A stretch of 64,000 nucleotides of DNA from the human T2T-CHM13v2.0 reference genome, Homo sapiens. The notes beneath the pieces are model-generated. The model was not told where the DNA came from, ran no database searches, and was given only the letters and a program-made list of their open reading frames with translations. How positions within the stretch are numbered: position 1 is the stretch's first letter; every line of letters starts with the position of its first letter. The stretch covers positions 11,840,001 through 11,904,000 of the forward strand of contig CP068257.2 of NCBI GenBank assembly GCA_009914755.4. The letters run 5' to 3'. Shown here piece after piece: positions 1 to 14,737 of this stretch. The position numbers and the translations under genes were made by a program.

Positions 1-844
1 ATGCTTTCTTTGTGCACAAGTTGCCATGAGCTAAAGCCTCATTAAAAAAGGTAGATCTGTTTCTAGGTATGTCTACTCCTATATTTTATCAAGTACGTAT
101 GCATGTATGTATCACAATATCTAAATATGAGCAAGCTTATGAGACAGTGATATTGATAACAATATCTTCAGTAGAATTAAGATTTATCTTCTTTGAGATC
201 AGAAAATAAAACCATGTTAGATTTAGCTTAGAACATGCGTACCTAAAAAAGATTGCTTAAATTAGCTTATAAGTGAGAACTGTGATAAGTATGTTAAGCA
301 AACAGCTTACTGGAAGTTATTTCTTCCATTCTGTATACTCTTAACTACCACATATCATAAAGTCCTAAGAATCTAGTTTGGGAAAGTATAATAGAAGACT
401 GAAGCAATTATTTAGATCATTTAATCTAAAAAAATCCCATCATTGTGCCAATTCTTTGGTATTTCAAGGATAGTAAGATCAATGTTTTCCACGATTATTG
501 TTAGTATTATTTTATCATTAATTTTCATTAATTTATGATTTATTTAATACTTTCTTGACAATATCGGTATATCTTAAAATCCTGCTAAATTTTACACGTG
601 TAAATTCTGGATATTACTAAGCTGACCTAAACTACATATCTCCGAAAAGAAAAACTAAGGTGACAATACAGTTAAAACCAAATTTTAGTTTCAGATTCTA
701 AGGAAATAATGTATAAATTTGAAAAATAGCTATGTTCTTATATAATTATAAAATAAAAATGTTATTTCTATCTAAATTAAATAGACAATGTATTAATCTA
801 GATTAATGAACATGCTCCAAATATTTTGAACCAAATTACTATTT

Positions 845-889
845 CCCATCTATTACAACATACGATTCCCATCTATTACAACATACGAT
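845..889. repeat. Tandem duplication (2 x ~22 bp)
   Basis: CCCATCTATTACAACATACGATT occurs twice. Confidence 0.8.
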
Positions 890-1547
890 TTTTACTACTT
901 TGTACATAAGTGTATTATTGAGATGTAACTATTATGTCTCCTTATATTTTCTTTGTAACATTTAAAACATTCTCATTATTTTAAAAAAATCCATATGCTA
1001 ATACTTAGGAAAAGGCTTTTTTGTGCCTGAGATTTCTGTAACTGTGAAAAGCATAAGGGAGAATTTCTTTTCCAAAAACATAGACGTTAATGAAGTTGTT
1101 TTTTGAGGCCTGTTCTTCGTAACTGTTTTCTAGGTGATGGACTATTATCAACTTGCTCCATAATCCGTTTAGAGTTAAAGAGGACCACAGAAACTGCACC
1201 TCCAGGTGTCACAGGTTACTAAACTAATAACTAAAACAAATTAAAAGACTTATCTCAGATTCCCTCCTGGAGTCTACTGCCTTGTTTATACAGCTGGAGG
1301 ACAAAGTCAGCCACTGCCTGAATTCATATTCTGCACTATGCGATTCAGGAAATAGTGAGTCCAAGCATTTCTTACTCTTAAAATTGTGTTCAATGTTTGC
1401 AGTCACTTTCCTATCCCTGATATTATCAGGAAGGGGGCTGCAATTTCCTTTCTGCTTCTCTGAGTCAACTGCAAAGTCTCAGATGTTTTCACAGTTGAGA
1501 CAAGAGAACAAGAAGCACCAATGAAAACCACGGGGTTCTATGGAGGC

Positions 1548-1650
1548 ATCATGGTGTAGTGAGCAGAAGCATGCTACTCTAGCTGTATCTCACTGGGTTC
1601 AAATCCTGACTATACGGCATATGGTGCATTAACAGCCCGCTGACCACAAG
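1548..1650 (+). mobile_element. MIR-like SINE fragment
   Basis: ...CTGGGTTCAAATCCTGACTATACGGCATATGGTGCATTAACAGC resembles the MIR core CTGGGTTCAAATCCTGGCTCTGCCACTTACTAGC. Confidence 0.4.
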
Positions 1651-2889
1651 AATTTCTATGCTGGTAAAATAGGTTTATAATAATGCCAGTTAATCTAAAG
1701 ATGCTTTAAGTGAAGACTATTTGGTGTTTTTCAAGGACTCAATAATCATTAACTGTGATCATGATCTTCCCCTTACCTACTTTCAATAAGTAAATAATTT
1801 ACATTTATTAAACAAAAGAAATTTAATCTTGCTTTTCTGAAACAACACAATTCTATTTCAATTTTCTTTACATAGAGGGAGCATCTCACCGCAGATAAAG
1901 ATGTATGTATATTTTTTCTCCACTTGAAATTGTGCTGAGACTCAAAAACAGAAATATCTAGTACGATATCAATTCATATATCAGTTATGTTTAGAGGGAG
2001 TTGGGCTAAACATACAGCATTCATTTAAAATGAAGGCCTCCCGTCACACTTTGCTGATGGTATTTAAGTATTGAAAGCCAACTTTTTCTACCTGCTTACT
2101 ATTATGTCATAGTAGCATGATTTCCCAGACAGCAGAAACTTTGTCTTTTTGTACATAGCTAGGCATTTGATGCTTGTAACAGTGACTTCTCGATAATTAT
2201 TCATTGCCAGGAAAGATAATTACTTTAAAAATTTATTTAGGACATTATTTAGCAAATAGTAAATAAACAGTATTAGCTGGTTGCTATTATTTCTGAATAT
2301 CAGTTTCCCTAAATTTTCTCATCTGAAAAATGGAGATATTTCACAGCAGCATTGTGAGAGACAATAGAGTCAATATAGATAAAATTCTCCAAAGACCAAA
2401 ACTTTATCTAGCTCATATGTTCTGCATGAGTATTCATTTTTTTAATTACTGTATCTTTTTAACTCATTATGACTAAAATTAAGTATTTTTTTCTCTTTCA
2501 AGACCTTATGCTTCTCCTATGTTCCCAATATGCTGGAAATCAGGTGTGGGTAATAATAGCACCATGATTTTCCTTTGGAGAAATCAGTCCAAATGACTTT
2601 ATTCCACCTATAACTCCATAGATGCCATGAAATCCAGACCTCAGTACAGACAGTGACTTCCATGAACTTAGCTAAAATTTTTGGACAAAGTTTACTCTCT
2701 CTGGATTCTAAACGGATAGGGTAATGTTGCTGTCTCATGAAGCACCTTCTGAGCCTACTGAAGCAGGAGCTGATGTTGAGGCAGAACTGAAAGATGCAGA
2801 GGCAGAGTCCGGATAACACTGTCTGAACACCTGAAAACACGTTGAACACTGACGAATTTTAATTTTCTATTTTAGCCCAAGGTCAGTAA

Positions 2890-3062
2890 GCATCTTCTGT
2901 AAAGGGCTAGATTGCAAATATTTTAGGTTTTATGGAACATAAGGTTTGGGTGCAACTATTAAGCTCCAGTGATGGATATGGCTGTGTTGCAGTTAAACTT
3001 GATTTACAAAAACAGATGGCAAGACCAATTTAGCCGTGGATCATAGTTTATTGACTCCCGCC
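2890..3062. mobile_element. Second, partial copy of the same MITE-like repeat family (opposite orientation)
   Basis: ...GGGCTAGATTGCAAATATTTTAGG...TTTACAAAAACAGATGGCAAGACCAATTTAGCCGTGGATCATAGTTTATTGACTCCCG is similar to the 42463-42677 element and to the familiar ...CATAGTTTGCCGACCCCTG end. Confidence 0.45.
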
Positions 3063-3424
3063 TTTTCCTGACAAAGTAGAGTTTCTTTACCTGGCAACCA
3101 AAGCAGTTAGTCTTAACTAATACCCCCTGTATCAGGCACTGGATTAACACATTTTTAAGCCAAAAATTTGAAAAATAATCATTTATACCTTTTCTCTGTT
3201 CCCTTGCAGCATAAATACAACATCAGAAAGTATGTTTCTCTCAAATGTTTCCTTGGTCTATTTACTCTTTCCATTCCCACCTACAACCTGTTATTTCAAA
3301 TCACAATCATTTCCTGCTTAACATTCTATAAAAACTTTTTACATATTTGCTGGAGTCTAGGATTCCTTTCAATTCTTTTTCACACGGAAGGTCTTATTGT
3401 GACATCCTGCCTTGTTTTAACCTG

Positions 3425-3960
3425 AATTGACTCTCCCTTAGCTGAGAGAGCCACACAAACTCCAGTTTGGCTCCTTCACTTGCAGCCCCTTGCAGCCTCT
3501 TACCCACCCCCCTTTCTCAAGGACTTAACTTGTGCAGGCTGACTCCCAGCACATCAAAGAACACGATTAACTGATAAGACACTGTGGCAAGCTATATCCG
3601 CAGTTCCCAGGAATTCACCCGGTTGATAGGACCCAAAGCCCCCGGGGTTTGTGTCCCGTTGATAGCACCCAAAGCCCCCAGGTCTATCACCTTGTGATGG
3701 ATTTAAAGCCCCCGCACCTGGAACTGTTTGTTTTCCCGTAACCATTTGTCCTTTTAACTTTTTTGCCTTTTTTACTCAGCTGATTGCTTCAGCTAAGCTC
3801 CCCCTCCCCTTTCTAAACCAAAGTATAAAAGAAAATCTAGCCCCTTCTCTGGGGCCAAGAGAATTTTGAGCACTAAGGGTCTCTCGGTTGCCGGCTAATA
3901 AAGGACTCCTGAATTCGTCTCATAGTGTGGCATTTAACTACAACTCGCTCGGTTACAACA
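3425..3960 (+). mobile_element. Solo retroviral LTR with three ~24-bp tandem repeats (3606-3700), a TATA box TATAAAAG at 3824 and a poly-A signal AATAAAGG at 3897
   Basis: Enhancer-like repeats GTTGATAGGACCCAAAGCCCCCGG occur three times. The LTR layout is promoter, then AATAAA, then ...ACA. Confidence 0.6.
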
Positions 3961-5843
3961 TTATGATATTTCCACAATACATACATTGGCATGCCGTGGT
4001 CATATCCAGGGGACTGTTTATGAACCTTTGACATGGATAATGTCTCCTGTCATAAAGTGCATATTATCTGACTTGTTTATTAAATTGTATCTTTTGTTTC
4101 TAGAATATAAATTATGTGAGGATCAGAGCAATTTTTTTTTTTTGTTTACAGCTTTCTTCAATTGTCTATACATGTGGTTGATATAATGTGAATAACCCAT
4201 ATATATTTCTAAAAAGAAGGCCAAATGACTCAGCAGGGAAAGTAAATATAAAAATAATGCATTTTTTTCTGAATCAATACAGACTTAAACCATATAATAA
4301 ACTTCTGCATTTAGACAACCATTAAGGTCTATAGCACATATTTACTATTCTATGGTAATCTCTTAGATTTATCTTGCGCCAACATACTAAAATTTTAACG
4401 GAATAAAAACAGAAAAGAGGTTTTCAAAAAATATTATTTTCATATACCTAATTTTCCAATTGTCTTTCTATTCCTGTTGGCTCTTAAAATTTACTTATTA
4501 TTCAATGTCCAGTTCAAGTACAGATTCTCATTGTCTTTCTAATTTATTTCCTGCAGGGCTAGTTTGTTATTTTAGACACAGTTTCTGTATCACACATTTT
4601 TATAGTTCATATTGTATGTAAATTAAATTGTTGCAGATTCTTCCTATGTGCACGTCTTTGATGCACACGTACAATGAATGTTCCCAAAAAGTATTAATAA
4701 AGAACACATTTTAACTTCTTTTTAAATCACCAATTTCAGTACAAAGCAGTGTGCACAGAAGATATTCACTAAATTCTTACTAAATGAGTGAATTTCATAG
4801 GAAATTGGAAAATGGATGATCATAAAATTACATCTGGAAGGAAATCATGCCCAGAAAATTTATCTGATGACTGCACACACAATTTTTGCTAACATTATGC
4901 TGAAGGAAACAAGTGTATGACAGTAACATGAAACACAACAATGGTTGGTTTACACTTCACATCATTCACTTGGTATTCTGGTGTGGAGAAATAATATTTG
5001 ATCAAAACTTAATAGCATTTAAAATTGTTTATTTGATCTTTATTCTAACTAGTGATATGGATCACACAAAAGGTGTTTAGGCTCTTTCTTCTATGGCATG
5101 AGAATATTTTTAAAAATATATTTAGCTACTCAAAAAGTACAATGATATAAACAGAATATGGAAAACTCAGGAGAAAAAACAGGAATTATAATTAGTGACA
5201 TAATATAAACCAAAAATGAAGTGCCAATCTCAAATCATTTTTTAAAATGTGTGGTCTGAAATATTCAAAACTGACTCTAGAAGAAATCAATACTAAAATA
5301 TTTGTCATACAAATAATTAATGAGAAGGTTATCAAAGAACTTCATCAAAGAATTCCTCTAATAAAGTCCCTGGGCCCAGAATTCATAGTTCAGAAAGGAA
5401 AAGAAAGAATGCATAATTTCCTTAGTATATAAATTGATTCAAAACAAAAACACAAAAAAACTAGAAATTACTCATACAAAGCTAGTATAAACTCAAAAAT
5501 AAGTGTACCTGAGTATGCTTATGCACACATATGAGGGCATATGTGTGCATGTGTGTGTGCACACCTCACATGTGTATGCACTACACACACAAGGTGAATT
5601 CTATTTAAAAACATAAATGCAGTATGTCTAGTAACAGAAAATAGCAGAAATTAAATCAACAAGTAATTATCTCAGGGATGTAGGATTTTCACTATTATAT
5701 ACATATCATAGATGTATGTGATCTGTGATCATTTGACTGGGGGCACAAAAACAAATGCTTAAATATTTCAGCATAATACAGCATTTACATCTGTGTGGTA
5801 TAAATAATATTGAATAATATCATTGATTTGAAAGACCAAATTT

Positions 5844-6131
5844 GGCTGGGCGCAGTGGCTCACAACTGTAATCCCAGCACTTTGGGAGGCCGAGATGGGT
5901 GGATCACGAGGTCAGGAGTTACCTGGCTAACACCGTGAAACCCCATCTCTACTAAAAATACAAAAAATTAGCCAGGCATGTGGCGGGCACCTGTAGTCCC
6001 AGCTGCTCAGGAGGCTGAGGCAAGAGAATGGCGTGAACCCGGGGGGTGGAGCTTGCACTGAGCCGAGATCGCGCCACTGCACCCTAGCCTGGGTGACAGA
6101 GCGAGACTCCATCTCAAAAAAAAAAAAAAAA
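5844..6131 (+). mobile_element. Alu (S/Y-type), full length with A-tail
   Basis: Begins GGCTGGGCGCAGTGGCTCAC...GAGACTCCATCTC and ends in poly-A at 6117-6131. Confidence 0.95.
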
Positions 6132-6448
6132 TGAAGAAAATCCAAATTTAACAAAATCTGACCTATAGTACATATATTTAGTCTTCCTCTTTCATTATTT
6201 AATTTTGCTATTCCATCATTATTGTCTGGTTTGAATTAACATAATTATCACGTTTAGATAAATATCGTATTTTATAAGTATAGGCAGGGATCCTTAAATT
6301 GGTAAAACATTTTACTCTTTTTAAATGTTTCTTTGTAATTCCCACTTCCACCCATCTAGTCTTCCATATAAACTTTAGAAAGAAATTATTAGGTTTCAAA
6401 AAGTATCCTAGATGGAACAGACTGATATTACTGTGAATTAATAGTAAA

Positions 6449-6779
<331 letters not shown>

Positions 6780-7042
6780 TTAAATATTGACTTATGCCAA
6801 GCATTAAAAGCAATTCTCTAATTTTTTTCTTTTACATAGTTCAGTAAATTTTAATAGATTATATTCCATATTCCAATGTATTTATTGCTAATTTATTCCT
6901 AGGCAATCTGCATGTAGACATAAATTTCCTCTGTAAAATGAATTTCTTATATAATTTTCATTTTTCTTTTGATAATGTAAAAGAAAGATGTTATTTGTTT
7001 TATGCTGACCTTACAATTAACCATGTTCTATACAATCTTATT

Positions 7043-7047
<5 letters not shown>

Positions 7048-7078
<31 letters not shown>

Positions 7079-7356
7079 AGACAGAGCCTGGCTCTGTCGC
7101 CCCGGCTAGAGTGCAGTGGCGCGATCTCGGCTCACTGCAACCTCTGCCTCCCAGGTCCAAGCAGTTCTCTGCCTCAGCATCCAGAGTAGCTGGGATTACA
7201 AGCACCCACCATCATGCCTGGCTAATTTTTGTATTTTTAGTAAAGACGAGGTTTCACCATCTTGGCCAGGCTAGTCTTGAACTCATGACCTCATGACCCA
7301 CCAGCCTTGGCCTCCCAAAGTGCTGGGATTACAGGTTTGAGCCACCATGCCTGGCC
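7048..7356 (-). mobile_element. Alu in antisense, poly-T (A-tail) at 7048-7077
   Basis: T30 followed by GAGACAGAGCCTGGCTCTGTCGCCC...GCCACCATGCCTGGCC. Confidence 0.95.
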
Positions 7357-8049
7357 TAGTTATTTTTATCTTAACCATATCATTATGACTTCTGCAATAC
7401 ATAAGAATCTAGATTCTGCTTGATATTCACTCTTTCATGTATTTTCCAGTTTTATTCCTCTTATTTTATTGAAAATCATCTCAAATTTTGCATTTAAAAT
7501 TAATTATAACAGGCATCCTAGTTTCCAAAATAAAAGATATCTTTCTAACGTTTTGCTTTAAACATAATATACAATATATTTCTCATAGATGTGCTCTATC
7601 CAAACAAGAACTTTCAATCTTACGGTTTGTAAGAATTATTATTAAAATTTGGAGTAAATATTTATTTTTTAGTGTATTTTTCTAAAACTGTAGAGATAAC
7701 TGTATAATCCTCCTTCCTTAATCTTTTAATATGACATGTTTACATAAGTTTTTTAAAGCTGTATTATCCTTGAGTTCCTGATGTAAGTGTTTTTTAATAG
7801 AGTAAAAGCCTTACTTAATTTAAAATTTTCATTTTGGCATAATTGCCGACTTACAGAAAAGTTGACTTAATAATACCAATAATTACCATGTATCAAAAGT
7901 CCCCAACTGTAACATTGTACTATAATTGTTTATCATTGTCTTTTTCCTTAAAAGACGCAGACATTGTGTTCCTTCAAGGCATTCTCTTAGTTGTACTTGA
8001 ATCAAAGAAAAAATTCACAGGGAAGTTGGAAAACCTTTCATACTGAAAA

Positions 8050-8570
8050 ATAATGATACTACTATATATCACAATTTGTGGGATGCAAACATAGCAGTAT
8101 TAAAAAATATTTATAGTCTTGTGTATTGATCCTAAAAAAGATAATGCAAAATCAATTTTCTAAACATCCACGATAAGCTACAAAAACAGATTACATTAAA
8201 ACTAAAGGAGGAAGAACGGCAACAGCAAATATAAAAGTAGAAATTAAGGACAGAGAAAAATACAAGGAAAAATTTGTTCTGCGAAAGACTGATCTATTTG
8301 TTTGACATATGGTAAGTCTAATAACAAAACATACACACACACACTCCAATATAAGGAATTTTTAAAACATTAGTTACAGAATGTACAGAGGTTTATGGTT
8401 TATTTCCCAGATAGCTTGTGTTTTTCTAAGTATCTGATTTTTATTTATTTCTAACTTAATATGCTTGTGATCAGAGAATGTACTTTCTATGATATAAAAA
8501 GTTCAAATATATTGAGACAACGTATAACTCATCATATATTCTATCTTGTTAAATGTGTGGTAATATTTAC
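8050..8570 (+). mobile_element. LINE-1 ORF2 fragments, old family
   Basis: CACAATTTGTGGGATGCAAACATAGCAGTATTAAAA... and downstream pieces resemble L1 ORF2 sense sequence. Confidence 0.5.
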
Positions 8571-8913
8571 CAATGGAAAAAAATATATATATATAGTTAA
8601 TTGGTCATAAATGTCAAATATTTATTTCTGTTTTATTTTTTAACTTTTCTTTTTTCATACTGATATTCATTTGATCAAGTGGTGATGGAAAGGTGTTAAA
8701 TTGTCTTTATTTTAATAGTTTTTAGGGGAAGAGGTGGTTTTTGGTTACATGATAAGTTATTTAGCAATGGTTTCTGAGATTTTGATGCACCCATCACCCA
8801 AGCAGTGTACACTGTACAGAATGTGTGGTCTCCTTCACCCTCCTACCACCCTTCCTTTCAAGTCCCCAAAGTCCATTATATCATTCTTAGGATTTTGTGT
8901 CCTCAAAGCTTAG

Positions 8914-9372
<459 letters not shown>

Positions 9373-10721
9373 TAGTATTCCGTGCCACATTTTATCTATT
9401 CATTGGTTGATGGGTATTTAGACTGGTTCCATATTTTTACAATTGCAAACTGTGCTGCTATAAACATGCATGTGCATGTCTTCTTCATATAATGAAATAT
9501 TTTCCTCTAGGTAGATACCCAGTAGTGGGATTGCTGAATCAAATGGAGGTTCTACTTTTAGTTGTCTAAGCAATCTCCATACTGTTTTCCACAGTGGTTA
9601 TACTAGTTTACATTCCCACCATTAATGCAAAAGTGTTCCCTTTTCACCACATCCATGTCAGTATCTATTATATTTTGAAAGTATGGCCATTCTTGCAAGA
9701 ATAAGGTGATATCTCAGTGTGTTTTTACTTTGCATTTCCCTGATAATTAGTGATGCTGAGCATTTTTTTCATATATTTGTTGGCCATTTGTATATCTTCT
9801 TTTAAGAATTTTCTATTCATGTCCTTAGCCCACTTTTTGATGGACTTTTTTTTTGTCTTGCTGATTTGTTTGAGTTCCTTGTGGATTCTGGATATGAGTT
9901 TTTGTCTGATGTATAGATTGCAAAGGTTTTCTCCTACTCTATGTGTTGTCTGTTTGCTGATTATTTCCTTTTGCTGTGTAGAAGCTTTTTAGTCTAATTA
10001 TGTTCAATCTATTTATCTTTGTTTTTGTTGTGTTTGATTTTGGTTTCTTGGTCATGAAGAACCAAGCCGATGTTTTTAATGTTTTTTCCAATCTTATCTT
10101 GTAGAATTTTTATGGTTTATGATATTAAAGTCTTTGATCCATCTTGAGTTGATTTTTGCATAAGATGAGAGATGAGAATTCAGTTTCATTCTTCTTCATG
10201 TGGCTTTCCAAATATTCCATTCCCATTTGTTGAATAGGGTGTCTTTTCCAAACTTTATGTTTTTATTTGCTTTGATGAAGATCAGTTGGCTGCTAAGTGT
10301 TTGGTTTCATTTCTGGGTTCTCTATTCTGTTTCATTGGTCTATGTACCTTTTTTTATACCAGTACCATGTTGTTTCAGTAAGGATAGCCTTGTAATATAG
10401 TTTGAAGTTGGGTAATGTGATACATCCAAATTTATTATTTTTGTTTGGTCTTGCTTTGGCTAGGCAGGCTCTTGTTTTGGTTCTATATGAATTTTAGGAT
10501 TGTTTTTTCTAGTTTTGTGAAGAATGATGATGGTATTTTGATGAGAATTGCATTGAATCTGTATATTGCTTTGCAGAGTATGGTCATTTTCACAATACTG
10601 ATTCTACCCAGCCATTAGCATGAGATGTGTTATCTATTTGTTTCTGTGGTCAATGGTATCTTTCAGCAGTGTTTTGCCGTTTTCCTTGAAGAGATCTTTC
10701 ACCTCCTTGGCTTTGGATGCT

Positions 10722-11730
10722 CCTAAGAGATACATATGTATATAATATGTATATATGTATTATACATATACATACTTACATATGTATAATACATATACAT
10801 ACGTACGTATGTATAACACATATACATATGTATATGTATTACATACGTATATTATATACATATCATATACATATGTATATGTATACATATGTATATTATA
10901 TGTATATGATATGTATTACATATGTATATTATATACATATCATATACATATGTATATGTATTACATATGTATATTATATACATATCATATACATATGTAT
11001 ATGTATTACATATGTATATTATATACATATCATATACATATGTATATGTATTACATATGTATATTATATACATATCATATACATATGTATATGTATTACA
11101 TATGTATATTATATACATATCATATACATATGTATATGCATTACATATGTATATTATATACATATTATAATACATATGTATATGCATTATAATATGTATA
11201 TTATATACATATACATATGTATTATAATATGTATGTTATAATACATATACATATGTATTATAATATGTATATTATAATACATATACATGTATATATGTAT
11301 AATACATATACATGTATATATGTATTATACATATACATGTATATATGTATAATACATATACATGTATATATGTATAATACATATACATGTATATATGTAT
11401 AATACATATACATGTATATATGTATAATACATATACATGTATATATGTATAATACATATACATGTATATGCATAATACATATACATATCCATATATGTAT
11501 ATTATATGCATAGACATACCCATATATGTATATTATATGCATAGACATATGTATATAATATGTATATTATATGCATAGACATATGTATATAATATGTATA
11601 TTATATGCATAGACATATGTATATGTATTTTATATGCATAGACATATGTATATATTATATGCATAGACATATGTATATACATATATTTATGTGTGTGTTT
11701 ATATACATATATATGTATATTGCAGTTGTT
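10722..11730. repeat. Compound AT-rich minisatellite (ATGTATA-rich) with three blocks of distinct unit length: ~45 bp (10860-11160), 25 bp (11270-11470) and ~34 bp (11500-11660), embedded in the antisense LINE-1
   Basis: Exact 45-bp periodicity CATATCATATACATATGTATATGTATTACATATGTATATTATATA. The 25-bp unit is ATATACATGTATATATGTATAATAC. The ~34-bp unit is ATATGTATATAATATGTATATTATATGCATAGAC. The ORF track shows the matching 15-aa and 25-aa periodic pseudo-proteins. Confidence 0.95.
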
Positions 11731-12789
11731 GTAAAAGGGATTAAGTTCTTGATTTGATTCTCAGCTTGATTGTTGTTGGTGTATAGCAGTGCTAATGATT
11801 TGTGTATATTGATGTTTTGTGTCCTGAAACTTAAGTGAATTTATCAGATCTAGGAGCTCTTTAGATGAGTCTTTAGAGTTATCTAGATACACAATTATAT
11901 CATTGGAAATCAGTGACAGTTTGACCTCCTCTTTACTGACTTGGATGCCCTTTCTTTCTTTCATCTGATTGCTCTGGCTAGGACTTCCAGAACTAAGGTT
12001 AATAGATGTGGTGAGTGGGCATCATATTCCCGGGGGAATGCTCTTCAACTTTTCCCTGTTCAGTCTGATGTTGGCTGTGGGTTTGTTATAGATGGCTTGT
12101 ATCATATGCCCCTTCTATGCCAATTTTGCTGAAGATTTTAACCATAAAGGGATTCTGAATTTTGCCAAATGCTTTTTCTGTGTCTATTGAGATGATCATA
12201 TAATTTTTGTTTTTAATTATGTTTACATGATGTATCACATTTATGACTTGTATATGTTAACCCTTCCCTGCATACCTGGTATAAACCCCACTTGAAATCT
12301 TTAGATTATGAATTTGGCTGTTCATTTTTAGCTATGTAAAATTTTACTTTATATAATTTGAAGTTATATTATTAAGAGCATATGCATTTCAAATTGTTTT
12401 GTCTTTTAAATGAATCAGTTATTTTATCATTATAAAATGTTTCTCTTTCACTTTTGTACTGTTTTTCCTGTGAAGTCTACTTTGGCTGGTATTCACATTA
12501 GAATTCATATGTTTTTATAACACTGGAACTTATTCCAGACACATGGCATAATAAGGACTAGGTTTGTACTCTTGCCTTAAATAAACTAAGAAAATTTTGA
12601 TAAAATATACATATCAATGGTCTTCAGACAGCGAACATCAGATAGTATAGGACAGTGACCTTGAGACAGGGAAAATGAAGGTATGAACTAAATCATCCAT
12701 CCATCTTATTGCCTTTATTGAACACAGAATAATTTTTCTGAGATTGGATCAATAGAAGTATAATCGCAAATACAAGCAAATGGATATAG

Positions 12790-13405
12790 CACATTAAAGA
12801 GGTATTAAATTTTTTATGCACAAGAAACAGTATCAAAATGAGTTAAATTTACATTCAAGTCTTTAATTCATCCTGAGTCTTTTTTTTGTATATGATGTAA
12901 AGAAGGGGTCAGTTTCAATTTTCTATATGGCTAGCCTCTTATCCCAGCATCAATTACTTAATAGGGAGTCCTTTCCCCATTGCTTGATTTTGTCTGGTTT
13001 GTCAAAGATCAGACGTTTGTAGATGTATGGTCTTATTTCCGAGTTCTCTGTTCTGTTCCACTGGTTTATGTGTCTGTTCTTGTACAAATACCATGCTGTT
13101 TGGCTTACTGTAGTCCTGTAGTATAGTTTGAAGTTGGGTAGTGTGATACCTCCAGCTTTGCTCTTTTTGCTTAGGATTGCCTTGGCTATTTGGGCTCTTT
13201 TATGGTTCCATATGAATTTTAAAACTGATTTTTCTAGTTCTGCAAAGAATGTCAGTAGTAGTATAACGGGAATAGCATTGAGTCTATACATTGTTTTGGG
13301 CAGTACGGCCATTTTAACAATATTGATTCTTCTTATCCAGGAACAGGGAATGCTTTTCATATTTGTTTGTGTCATCTCTGATTTCCTTGGGCAGTGGTTT
13401 GTTGA
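12790..13405 (-). mobile_element. Inverted 5' segment of a LINE-1 carrying a 5' inversion (ORF2 middle, antisense)
   Basis: The minus ORF 12950-13417 translates to L1 ORF2 ...[44 protein letters not shown]...[11 protein letters not shown]...[12 protein letters not shown]1-like homology continues to ~12790. Confidence 0.8.
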
Positions 13406-14545
13406 CTGTAAAAACATCGGAAGACCACCTAGGCTATACCATTCAGAACATAGGCACAGGCAAAGATTTCATGGTGAAGACACCAAAAGCAATTGCGACA
13501 AAAGCAAAAATTGACAAATGGGATCTAATCAAATTAAAGAGCTTCTGCACAGCAAAAAGAAAAAAATAAACTAACATGAGAACTAACAGACACCTACAGA
13601 ATGGGATAAAATTTTGGAAAAATATGCATCTGACAAAAGTCTAACATCCAGCATCTACAAGGAACTTAACCAAATTTACAAGAAAAAAACAAGGCCATTA
13701 AAAAGCAGGCAAAGGACGTGAACAGACACTTCTCAAAAGATGACATACATGTGGTCAACAAGTATATTAAAAAAGTTCAACATCGCTGATCATTAGAGAA
13801 ATGCAAATCAAAACCACAATAAGATACCAACTCATGCCAGTAAGAAGGACCATTACTAAAAAGTTAAAAAGCAGATGCTGGTGAGATTGTGGGGAAAAGG
13901 GAACACTTTACATGGTTGGTGGGAGTGTAAATTAGTTCAACCATTGTGGAAGACAGTGTGGTAATTCCTCAAAGACCTAAGGACAGAATTACCATTCGAC
14001 ACAGCAATCCCTTTAATGTGTATATGCCTAAAGGATTATAAATTGTTCCATTGCAAAAAGACATGCATGCATATGTTCCTTGCAGCACTATTCACAAGAA
14101 CAAATACATGGAATTAATCCAAATGCCCATCAATGATAGACTGGATAAAGAAAATGTGGTACATATACACCATGGAATACCATGCAGCCACAAAAAAAAT
14201 GAGATAATGTCCTTTGCAGGGACATGGATGCAGTTGGAGGTCATTATTCTAAGCAAACTAAAGCAGGAACAGAAAACCAAATACTGCATGTTCTCACTTT
14301 TAAGTGGAAGCTAAATGATGAGAACATGGACACATAGAGAGGAACAACACACACTGGGGCCTATCAGAGAGTGGAGGGTTGGGGGAGGGAGAGAAGCTGG
14401 AAACATAACTAACAGATACTAGGCTTAATACCTGCGTGATGCAATAATCTGTACAATCAGCCCCCATAATGCACGTTTACTTATGTAACAAACCTGCGTA
14501 CCTTACACATGTACCCCAGTCAAAAAATAGAAGTTTAAAAAAGAA
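13405..14545 (+). mobile_element. Direct 3' segment of the same LINE-1 (ORF2 C-terminus and 3'UTR)
   Basis: The plus ORF 13363-13569 gives ...[39 protein letters not shown], which immediately follows the inverted segment in L1 coordinates. It continues through ...ATGGAATACCATGCAGCCACAAAAAAAATGAG... to the L1 3' end ...TGTACCCCAGTC at ~14540. Confidence 0.85.
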
Positions 14546-14736
14546 CAAAATGAGTTAAATTATTGGAAAATTATTTCAAATCAAATTACACATAGCAACG
14601 TGTTAAGATCTACTCACTGTAAAGAGCTCTTTTACTCATCTGACAAGCATTTAGTGTAAGTGTTCTATTCGCTAGGCCATAGGAACTAGAGGCTGGAAAA
14701 ACAATGGTGAAGAAAATGCCCATGCCACTAAGAAAT

Positions 14737-14737
14737 T

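Noticed and set aside
10717-11548. ORFs of 80-174 aa made of Y/I/C/M/H repeats on both strands
   Set aside because: They are translations of the AT-rich 45/25/34-bp minisatellite. The repeat periods in amino acids equal the DNA period divided by 3.
12950-13417. 155-aa ORF as an independent gene
   Set aside because: It is a fragment of LINE-1 ORF2 (reverse transcriptase/C-terminal region) belonging to the inverted segment of a twin-primed L1.
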